Source: the human T2T-CHM13v2.0 reference genome, Homo sapiens. Taken from it: a stretch of DNA of 64,000 bases. Positions 49,539 through 64,000 of this stretch are shown here, piece after piece. The stretch lies in assembly GCF_009914755.1 (NCBI RefSeq), contig NC_060931.1. One strand, given 5' to 3'. The position numbers and the translations under genes were made by a program. The number at the start of each line of letters is the position of its first letter. Position 1 is the first letter of the stretch. The notes under the pieces were generated by a model, which was given only the letters and a program-made list of their open reading frames with translations, was not told the DNA's origin and made no database searches.

Positions 49539-51363
49539 CAGTAACGTAAACAGTAATATAAAACACTGGTGATAAAATTAAAGATACCAAAAAAGGATAT
49601 TCTGCCTTCATATTTGAAGAATAATAAATATGTTTGCACTTTCCAAAATGATCACATATTTATGACAATTTTCATCAAAATGTCTATGAAATTCTTCACA
49701 GAAATAGAAAAAAATAATAAAATTCAAATGAAACAAAAAAATACCAAAAATAGCCAAAGTAATCTTGAGAGAAAGAACACACACAAAGCTGGACATATCG
49801 CATCACATGACTTCAAGACATACTACAAATCTATGGTAACAAAACAACATAGTACTGGCAATAACAACAGACACTTAGACCAGTGGGACAGATTAGAGAA
49901 CCCAGAAATAAATCCACACTAAAAAGACAGATGATTTTTTGACAAAGGTGACAAGAACACACATTGGAGAAAAATAGTCTCTTCAATAAATGATGTTGAA
50001 AAAAACTGTATATCTACATGCAGGCTAACAAAACCAGATCCTTATTTCTTACTATATTCAAAAATTCACTTAAATGCATTAAGAACTTAAGTATAGAACC
50101 CAAAACTATAATACTACTTGAAGAAAACATGGGGAATTCTCTACGACATTGATCTTTAAATGGAGTTTTTGCATAGGACCTCAGAGCATAGGCAACACAA
50201 TACAAGTAAATAGATTATATCAAACTAAAAAGGTGCAAAGCAAACAAAACAATCAACATAGTGAAGAGACAAGTTACAGAATGGGAACAAACATTTGCAA
50301 ACTATACAAATATCCTGAGTATATAAAGGATTCAAACAACTAACCAGCAAGCAAACAAACAACACAACAAAACAAATAATCCAATTTAAAAATGACAAAA
50401 TACCTTAATAGGCAGTTTTCCAAGAAAAAAGTGTACAAATGACTGGCAGGTTTATAACAAAATGCTCAACATTACTAACTATAAGGGAAATGAAAATTGA
50501 AGCTATGAGATACCATCCCACCCTAGTAACAAGGCTAGTATCAAGAAGAGAAAATGTAACAAATACATATGAGGATGTAGTGAGAGGAAAACTCTTTGAC
50601 ACTGTTGGTGGGAATGTAGCTTAGTATAATCACTATAAAAGATAGTATGGTGAGTTCTCAAAAAGTTAAAAATAGAGCTAACATATGGTTCATTATTGAC
50701 TACTGGTACACAGCCAAAGTAATTAAAATCAGTATGTCAAAAAGATATTTGCACTATGATGTTTATTTCAGCTCTATTCACGGTAGCCAAGAGATGAAAT
50801 CAAAACGTGTTCATCAGTAAATAAATAGATAAAGAAAATGTGGTATATATACACAATGGAATACCATTTGACTACGGAAAGGAACAAAATACTGTCATTT
50901 GTGGCAATATGTGTGAACCTAGATAATATAATGTTCAATGAAATAAACCATAGACTGAAAGACAAATATTGCATGAGCTCACTAATAAGTGGAATATAGG
51001 AAAGCTGATCTTGCAGAAGTTAAGCATAGACTGGTGGCTACCAGAGTCTGGGGAAGGGTCTGGGAAGAAAAAGATTAAGGGAGGTCATTCACTGGGTGCA
51101 TTTACAGTTACAGTTAGATAGAAGAAATAAGACAGAAGAAATAAGTTCTGGTGTTCTATTACACAGTTGGGTGACTAACAATTATGGTATAACAACAACA
51201 TGTATTTTACAATAGCTAGAAAACAGTAACTTGAAAGTTATCACTATAAAGAAATGATAATGGCTTGAGATGATGAACATGCTAATTATCCTAATTTTAT
51301 TATAACACAACATACATATGTTTTAAAACATTACACTATACCCTATAAATATTTGAAATTAGG

Positions 51364-51660
51364 GGCCAGGCATGGTGCCTCACGCCTGTAATCCCAGCAC
51401 TTTGGGAGGCCGAGGCGAGCGGATCACGAGGTCAGGAGATCGAGACCATCCTGGTGAACACCGTGAAACCCCGTCTCTACTGAAAATACAAAAAAATTAG
51501 CCGGGCATGGTGGCGGGTGCCTGTAGTCCCAGCTACTCTGGAGGCTGAGGCAGGAGAACGGCAGGAACCCCGGGGGCGGTGCTTGCAGTGACCGGAGATC
51601 CGGCCACTGCACTCCAGACTGGGCGATAGAGTGAGGCTCCATTTAAAAAAAAAAAAAGAG
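51364..51660 (+). mobile_element. Alu (AluY-like)
   Basis: Dimer with gagatcgagaccatcctgg and cttgcagtg, preceded by gaaattag. Confidence 0.93.
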
Positions 51661-51669
51661 AGAAATTAG

Positions 51670-51975
<306 letters not shown>

Positions 51976-52439
51976 TCAGTTATAGGATAACTCACTAACT
52001 TAAATAAGTAAGTTTACCAATGCAAAAAATTCCAAGTTCCTGAAGCTGTGTTCTCTGTGTCTCTTGTAGAATAGCTTTTCCACTTTATCAGAATGTTTTC
52101 AACTTGGCCTTTCCCTTTATTTTCTGCTTGTCCAGAGATTGAAGATCAAATAGACATCAGAAATTAGGGTCTTTCTAGGTTTTTCTGAGCCAGCACCTGG
52201 CCCTAATCCTGTACATTGCCTGCTAGATTGTCTTAACTATCTGGACAATTCTCAAAGATTTTATTCCCAAAGCATTGACTCTCCATTCTTTCCTGTTAGG
52301 CATTTCAGTATGATTACTTTTTGTCCCAAAGAAATTCCTTTGCCCAAGGTTATTGATTTGAAATCCTTTTTTTCATGAAGAAACTGACTGCTATAAATTT
52401 TCTGTAGTTTGCATGCTTTGTTGTGTTGAGTAAACATTT

Positions 52440-53860
<1,421 letters not shown>

Positions 53861-53865
53861 ATTTT

Positions 53866-54683
<818 letters not shown>

Positions 54684-54783
54684 TTAAAAATGTATGCATG
54701 ATGTCTTTTATAATGACATGATTATCTTTACTGGTGCTCTTGTCATTTCATGTAGATTCAAATTATTCTCTTTGGTTATTTGA

Positions 54784-55107
54784 TTCCTTCCTTCCTTCCT
54801 TCCTTCCCTCCCTCCCTCCGTCCCTCCTTCCCTCTCCTCCCCTCCCCTCCCCTGCTAGATCTCCCTCCCTCCCTCCCTCCCTGCCTCCCTCCTTCCTTCC
54901 TTCCTTCCCTCTTTCGTTCTTTCTTCTTTCTTTCTTTCTTTTTTTGAAACGGAGTCTCCCTCTGTCACCCCGGCTGGAGTGCAGTGGCACAATCCCAGCT
55001 CACTGCAATCTCTACTTCCCGGATTCAAGCGATTCTCCTGCCTCCACCTCCTGAGTAGCCAGTACTACAGGCGCCCGCCACCGCACCCAGCTAATTTTTG
55101 TATTTTT
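54784..55107 (-). mobile_element. Alu right arm with expanded CT-rich tail (54784-54945)
   Basis: CCTT/CCCT tract followed by an antisense right monomer that ends at the middle A-rich region. Confidence 0.88.
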
Positions 55108-58100
55108 GTCTAGTTGAAATCAACTCAGTTTTTGTTTACCTGGAAAGGCCTTATGTTGCCTTTATTTTTTATTGATAGCTTTCCCATTTAGATAATTACT
55201 TCTTGACAGTTTTTCTTCGATGAGTAGACACAAAGATTTAAATGGAGTTGAAAGACTTAGAAAGGGCAACTAAACTGTGGTCTAGAAAATGGAAATGAAA
55301 TTGTTTTTAAATTGAATTGAAAATAAAATTATATTTATGGCAGCTGATGATATGTTGGACTGGGATGCAGACACCAGAAAGAATTAAACTATGGACAACA
55401 GAAATCTGTGAGTTGTTTGGTTCTGACTTAGGCCAAATGAAGGGCATGCTTTTTAGAGAATTAAAGATGTTTCATGAGAGCACAGCCATGCTTAAAGAGG
55501 CTGAGTGCCTGCACTGTGCTAAGATCCACAGATTTATTGAAATAGAAGTCACTATTTTAACATACAACAATTTAACATACACTATTAGACTAAGAAAGCA
55601 AGTAGGCAGTGATAATTATGATTAATGTTAACTTTAGTTTTAATAGAATCGTATTTGATGGGTGTCACAGAAGCCAAAAAAAAATGGCCTTTGCTATAAA
55701 ATGTGTGCTCTACTACTGAGTGTGTAAAACACTCCTGTGAGTGGAAGCCACAAAGAAACCTGAGGGTCAGGGTGGTAGAATAACCCTTTGATACTTCATA
55801 TCTAAAAAAAAATCTCTTGGCATGGACAGTTTGTATCCAAACACTCATTGCTTGAAATAGATGTGCATTTCTATACTCTATAAATGTACCTGGACAAAGT
55901 AATGAGAGGTATAAAGCAGCCTACATTTTGCTCCCATGTCTAGTGCCCTGACTCAGAACTGTGTCCTCAGGAAAATGGAGCACTTTGCCCATTTAGGTCT
56001 GATAGAGGTGGCATTTTTCTGATTCTCACAAAGGTGATTTTGGTCTACTTCTTACCGTGAAAATCAGAGATTAGTAGGGAACATTAGTGAGGGCAACCAT
56101 GAATTACTTGAACCAGTATTAATGCAGTGGAAAATCTGACATTGTGTTTTACTAGTTTTGAAGGTTGGGTAATTGGGAGATCACTGTTTCGTTTATAAGA
56201 ACAGACACCGTAGAACCCACTTGGCTGAATATACCTGGGGAAGTAAGCTTACACATGGAAAAGTTGGAGCACAGCTGTTTCTAATGTATTTTCTAGGAAT
56301 CAAAAAGTTTCATTTTCCCTTGGTGGTTCCCTTTCTTAAAATCACAAAACCAGAGCTTGTACTATCTTTATATTTGACATGAAAATTATAGGCCTTGAGG
56401 GGATGGGCTGATGGCATTGCTGCCTTATAACCACATATTGTGAGCCTCATCTTACAAACATGGACTCACTCCAAAGACTCAGCTGGGTGACTGACTGTTT
56501 GTCAGCATTATTAACAGTGAAAGCTCAAGACTCAGGTGAGTTCTGCCTCAGATGAGGCAGAACTTTCTCAATGAAGAGCTAGGATCATTGTCTTTTCCTA
56601 ATTTCAGTCATGTGTCAGTGAATCATATCTAAGTACAATAGGTGATTCCAAATGAAAAAAGCAACTTTATGAATACTGAGGCCATAATATATCGATCTTA
56701 TACTTTGACAATTTTTTAATATTGTATTTGAATTGTAATTGTATTTTGTTATTATACTAGCTTTTTCTCAGTTTAACTTACTGTATATACCTAGGTAAAA
56801 TTTTATATTTTGAAACACAAGAAACCTGAACTAATTCATAAGAATTTAGTCATACTTCTTTGTTCTTTTAAATTTGAAAACACTTAAATATATTATAATG
56901 TTTAGAGTCATCTCAAAGCTTGATTACTACTTAATATTTTACATTAATTAGCTTTCAGTGAATGACCATAAAATTATTTTGTTTTATTGTGGTGTGGTTA
57001 TTGCACATACAGGATTTGGTTCTGGTTACCATGAAACTGTAAACAAATATCTCCTTTTGTCTTTTATCACATTTTGTAGAGTTAATCACTACATTACACA
57101 TTTAAAAGCTTGTAATACTAAGCATAATTACAAATTTGTAAAACAAATTCAGCTTTAGTGTATTATATTTTATTAATATAAATAGCTAATATAATGTTAT
57201 TTTATTAATAAGCTAAAACTTATAAAATGTTCTATAAGTTTGGGTAACATTTTAAATAATGAGAGAATAATAAACTTCGAAATTTGAACAAAATAGCATC
57301 TCCTTATTATAAAAAATTGTCCAAGTTTTGCATTCTTACAGTTTTTCTGTAAGTTTCAAATTTACAATTTACATGTTAAAAATGCATTCATGAGTGTGGC
57401 CAGTAAATTTTAATTTTGCTGTTAAAATACATGTTAATTTTGTCTAACTTTATTAGGAAATAATGTTTTCTAGTTCTGTGATTTTTAACATATAAAAGAA
57501 AGGAGTAAGGAGAAGTCAGAAAAGAAAAAGATAATAATAATGGTTGTCTAATTGTGGCTCAAAGGGCACGAAGCCCTCAAGAAAATATAATAGCACAAAA
57601 TCACTATGTCTCTGAACATTAGGAAAAAAATAGCATTTCTAAGTGCTTCAAATATCTGCATTTTATGTATTTAGGGAGGAAGGACCTCAACTGCTCATAG
57701 TAAGTGTACATGATGAATAGAAGATGCGGTTTTCCAAATTGCAATTTTCAACTTGGAAATATTCCTCCAATTTCAATATTTGACACATTTGGTAAGACTC
57801 TTATCTATACTGTGATGCACAGTGGCATGATTGTACAAGACCTTTCAAATTAAAAAAAAAATGAGCATTACACTTAGCTGATATCTCCTCAGTTGAAATA
57901 ATCACAAAGAAACACTCTTCCAAAAGGATTTTAGGCTTTTTCCAAATTGGTAGTGTAGAATTTGTGATCAAGACCCTCCAGTATTTTTCTATTGCCTACA
58001 TTTAAAGTAATAACTTTCCTACTTATTTTTTCCTTCGAGCTAGCTGGGAATTAAATGTCTTAAAATTATAAATACCGTGTCAGCAAGCATTGTGCTTCTA

Positions 58101-60426
58101 GCTGCAGTCTACACTAATTTCAACTTCCAAAGAGTGGCAGATGCATTACAATCATTCAATGCATCTGATACTTACCATATTTATTATTTTAGTCTCTGTG
58201 TATTTTATAAAACTTCTTTTAACAGGCCTAATCTTGGTGGAAACATTTTTTCTTTTCTAAATTTGCCAGCTGTATTTTTCAGTTTGCCATTTATTGCCAC
58301 TTAACAACAAACCCCTTCTCCCTGGCACCTAAATTTTTTAGGTCCAACAAGGCTGCTCAATGAATGTTGTGAAATGTATGATAAAAATGACATTTTTTAT
58401 TAATATAATAAAAACATTTTAGATTTATATAGATTATATTTTAAAACTACACAAGGGACAGTGCAAACATCACTATTCAAATAATATTATTAATAAAATA
58501 ACAATACTAAACAACTATATTTTATAATAAAGATGAGGAAGTTATTTTATCAAACTTCTTTTTCTACAAATAACATATCCATTATATGCAAAACAGCTTT
58601 TGGATTCCTGTTAAGTGGCTTTTTCCTTTTATATACCCTTTATCTTTGGTTCAGATGTCTGATCTAAGCTTCTGTTTTTTATGATCAGATTTTCATTCCT
58701 GGTCAGTATAATGGTGTGTTATTCCCCTATTATGCATTATTGTTTTTACACTTTGGGACTTAAGAATTGAAATACACTAAAGTTAAAGGCAGTATAATGA
58801 GAATAAACTTGAGCTGCATTATGTGTTTACGGAGAGTGCTCAGGAGCTTCACCCTCAGCCCCAGCAGCCTTAGGTTGTCACTTCTAATGCCAAGAGCTAA
58901 GCTGTACATTTAGATTTTGAAATTTTTAATGGGTCACATGGAACAAAATTTTTCTTTGCACTCTGAACAACCTAAAAGTAGCATCTATGAATTTTTACCC
59001 TATTTTGTTTCATCTACTTTGGCATCATATTAATGCAAATTCCATAATTCTTCTATGGTATAGTTGCCAGACTTATGAAATAACAACATAGAGTACAGCT
59101 GAATTTAATATTTGAATTAAAAATGACTTCTGCAATATGTTAAAGGCAATTAACAATTGTTTAGCTCTGGCAGGTGAGAAAAATTTTTGAAGATATAATC
59201 AATTTAATCATACTCTATCTGTGTCCTCTAATTTATGACAACCAAGATTGTGACAACCAAGATTGCTGATCTCGTCTGGGATCAGCATCAATGCTCTCAA
59301 GAGCCTCAGTGGGAAGATGCACCATCTGATCAAGCAGAAGATTATTCTGTTTCAGTGTGTTTAGGTTATTTACAGAGTAAGGAGAATGAATTAGAGAGCA
59401 TAAGCTGGATGTTTTTTAGGGTGAAAAAATAAAGTATTAAAATTCTTATCTATGTTATTTAATCTATTTGTCCTATATCTTATTTTGGTGTGTGGTTCAT
59501 AATATGTGGGTTATATTAATAAAACTATACAGATATATAGTTAATAACTCATTATACATATATTATTGTCTCATGTTCAAATATATTTTTCTAGTACTAA
59601 AATGTGATCCTTAAAATTTGGATACCATTAAGCCTTTAATTTAAAATTACTTCATTTTTTTTTTCCTGATGTTAACTTGACAGGAGAACTGAACTGCGCT
59701 GATGGTGTAGATGTGTGCTGGTGGAAATCTTTCATTGTTTCTAAGATAAATGCATTTACTTATTAATGTTTTGTAGAAAGAGTAATAACCATTTAATCAA
59801 CTAGATGTTTCCTTTATAAAATCAAACATATCTGGTGGTTTTAGAGCAACTTTTTCTCAGTCACTAATTTTTTATTATTAACTGAGGATTCTCAATGTCA
59901 ATATTTTTGCATCATCTCATATATTTTTATTTATGGAATTGTATAATGATAAGTGACCTGGAATCAGACACACTTTCATTTAAAACAAATCCGAGTGAAT
60001 TTAATGGTGTTTCACTTTTTTAATGTCATGAAGCTAAATTGTTCTTAGCCCTGGATTAAAGTAAAATGATAAATGACTTCTGAATCTTGGCCAAGTAACA
60101 TGAAATGGTGACTGCAAAATTGTTCCTCAAAATTTTACAAGGTGTTATATTATTGAAGTTATCCCAAGAAAACTTGAGCAGAATTATCTTTCTCATTGAA
60201 GACTAAGTATTTTGATCTTATTGAAGATCTTATTGAAGTATTTTTTATCTTATTGAATACTAAGTCTAACCGAAGACTTAGTATTCTTATTGAATACTCA
60301 GACTAAGACTTAAGTATTTTTCTAGGCATGGTAGAGTACCTCTGTATTAAGTGAAATCTCAGGAAGAAGACCAACATGTGACATTCTGATGCAACTTTAT
60401 GGTGAAACAAAGTAATTAAAAGTAGT

Positions 60427-60698
<272 letters not shown>

Positions 60699-60834
60699 TT
60701 ATTTTGTTGGTACCTGAGAGGAAAATATTAAAAAATATGTTCTGAGAAAAGAGAGATCACATAATAAATCTCTGGGATGTGAACTAAACTGAGATAGCCA
60801 GAACCATTTCTATATTATATGTAGTAAATTAGGG

Positions 60835-61085
60835 TTTGATTAAGCAGAATAATGTCCCCCAATCCCTATAAGGATATTGACATTTGAATTCCAAGATATC
60901 ACATTACACATTACAATTCATGACAAAGAGAATATAAGGGTGCAGACAGGATGAAAATTGCTATTATGCTGATGAAATATCATGTATTTATCATGGTGAG
61001 TCCAGTAAAATCACAAGGGTCAAAAATCATGGAAGAGTGATGACGAATAAATTGTATCAAATGATAGATCGTGAGAAAGACTCGA
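60835..61085 (+). mobile_element. MLT1-type LTR fragment
   Basis: gcagaataatgtcccccaa...ggtgagtccagtaaaatcacaagggtc. Confidence 0.55.
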
Positions 61086-61544
61086 ATGTATTTTTAATTG
61101 TTGTAGTGAGTCTTTTCACATTAACATACATTTAATTCAATTCAACTGTACAAATACTATTCATTTTATATGCCCAATTGAAGTGCTAAATATTAAATGA
61201 GAGAACATAGAATAAGGATATGATTATTCAGATGAATGCCAAGGTACATGAGGAACATAGATAGTATGCACCTTAGACAGGCAAAATTGAAAACGTATTT
61301 ATTATATATAGAGATTCATAATCATTATATATGTATACATTTATTTGGTTTAGAAAATAGTACAGGAGACACATTATCAAGAATTTATATAAGATGGGGT
61401 TATCAAGAAAATGAGAGTAAAATAAAAATAATGATAATGGTAATCATTTTGAACGCTGACAAAAGAACACTGATGACACAGATCTATTTTTTTCAGGTCT
61501 TCAAAACGTTTCTTCTATGTCATTAGGATGAACACACATTTCAC

Positions 61545-62456
61545 ATGTTATCTTTCAAAAAGGCCTTTTATTTTCAAGCTGGCATTGGAATCTCAGCCAA
61601 CATCTTTCTTCCTCTCTGGCACATTTTCACATTCTTTAAGGATCACAAGCCTAAAAACCATGACCTGATCATCTGTCACTTGGCCTTTGCCCACATAGTG
61701 ATGCTAGTCATTGCAGCAGAGTTATTGTCTCCAGACGTGTTTGAATCACTGAAATTTCAGAATAACTTCAGATGTAAGGCTGTGTTCTACACATACAATG
61801 AGGGTCCTCTCTATCTGCAACACCTCTCTCCTGAGCATGCTTCAGGCCATCACCATTAGCCCCAGCACTTCCTGGTTGGTGAGATTTAAACATAAAATCA
61901 CAAAACACAATATCCTGGGTTTACTCTTTTTTTGGTCCCTCAATTTGTCTTTCAACAGTGACATGATAAGTTACATTGTAGGTTTTTCCAATGTGACCCA
62001 GATAATACTGAATGTCAATAAATACTGCTCACTTTCCCCAATAAATGTCATCATCAGAAGGCTGTTTGTTACTCTGTCGTTATCCAGAGATGTCTTCCTT
62101 GTAGGAATCATGCTGCTCTCAAGTGCCTACATGGTGATTCTCTTGTCCAGGCATCAGAGGCGCTCCCAGCACCTTCACAGCACTAGCTTTTTATTAAGAA
62201 CCTCCCCAGAGAAAAGGGCCACCAAAACCATCTTGCTGCTGGTGAGGTTCTTTCTGGTTATGTACTCATTGGACTTGTCTCATCCTCCACAATGTTGTTA
62301 TGGGTATTCAGTCCTGTCATCTACAGTGTCCACAAGCTTATGGTCAATGCCTATGCCACTGTCAGTCCTATGGTGCTAATCAGATCTGATAAAAGAATCA
62401 TCAGTATTCTGCCAAAGGTTCATTGGAAGTGCCATCCATTTTTAACAAGTTGGTGA
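61545..62456 (+). pseudogene. Vomeronasal type-1 receptor (V1R/VN1R family) pseudogene, near full length
   Basis: GIGISANIFL..., DLIICHLAFAHIVML, FRCKAVFY / MRVLSICNTSLLSMLQAITISPSTSWLVRFK, SRDVFLVGIMLLSSAYMVILLSRHQRRSQHLHS, SPEKRATKTILLLV / NAYATVSPMVLIRSDKRII...TSW* (TGA 62454-62456). Frameshifts near 61798 and 62278. Single coding exon with an upstream tttttttcag acceptor (~61497) and AATAAA at 62515-62520. Confidence 0.95.
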
Positions 62457-62550
62457 TATTTATTTTGTCGTCATCAATTAAATTATTCAAAAACAAAATT
62501 TGCTATCTGATTTAAATAAAACATGTGGAATTGCACTTTTGTAATATCTA

Positions 62551-62861
<311 letters not shown>

Positions 62862-63005
62862 TATCTCAATATTTTTAAAATTTCCTGGTGCTAAGAACTA
62901 CATGGTGTCCTCAGTTTGGTGTCCTCAGTTCAGTTTCCCCCATGATTTAATATTCCCCAAGCATGTCTCTCACTTCTTAATTTTACCTTTATACAGGAAA
63001 CACTA

Positions 63006-63945
<940 letters not shown>

Positions 63946-63957
63946 TTTTCTTCTCTT

Positions 63958-64000
63958 CTCTTTTTTTTTTTTTTTTTTTGAGACAGAGTCTCGTTCTTGT
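63958..64000 (-). mobile_element. Alu 3' end (runs off the window)
   Basis: Poly-T followed by gagacagagtctcgttcttgt. Confidence 0.85.

Noticed and set aside
59060-59178. Possible MER53-like MITE (ttgccag...ctggca termini)
   Set aside because: Too degenerate to call confidently by eye.
59236-59265. 15-bp tandem duplication tgacaaccaagattg x2
   Set aside because: A simple slippage duplication with no further structure.

Overview
Human genomic DNA: the Alu and L1PA content, including a human-specific AluYb8, identifies the species. The window is repeat-dense and I can support no intact protein-coding gene in it. It holds several pseudogenes. (1) A 3' fragment of a vomeronasal type-1 receptor (V1R/VN1R) gene on the minus strand is cut by a 5'-truncated NMD3 processed pseudogene (3.3-5.4 kb). 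(2) A full-length but decayed L1PA4/5-type LINE-1 occupies 8.8-14.9 kb. (3) A degenerate C2H2 zinc-finger exon (27.6-29.4 kb, minus) carries an AluYb8. (4) A CpG-island promoter is built from a thrice-repeated module of ZNF143/THAP11-type ACTACA..TCCCA motifs, with an RFX X-box and an ETS site (40-41.7 kb). (5) An intron-containing, internally deleted TBC1D3/USP6-N-terminus-like pseudogene abuts it (41.7-43.7 kb, minus). (6) A near-complete frameshifted V1R pseudogene lies at 61.5-62.5 kb (plus). Old L1M elements, about 35 Alus, MaLR LTRs and DNA-transposon relics fill the rest. From memory, this mix resembles pericentromeric segmental-duplication clusters such as 7p11/7q11.21, but I cannot verify the locus. 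I found no convincing novel protein-coding system. The most interesting signals are the promoter/TBC/ZNF cassette and several unusual insertion or repair scars: a ~250-bp duplication flanking an Alu, an inverted Alu arm inside another Alu, a four-arm Alu, a template-switch scar and TSD-less retro-insertions. Repeat subfamily names come from recalled consensus features, and many boundaries are approximate.
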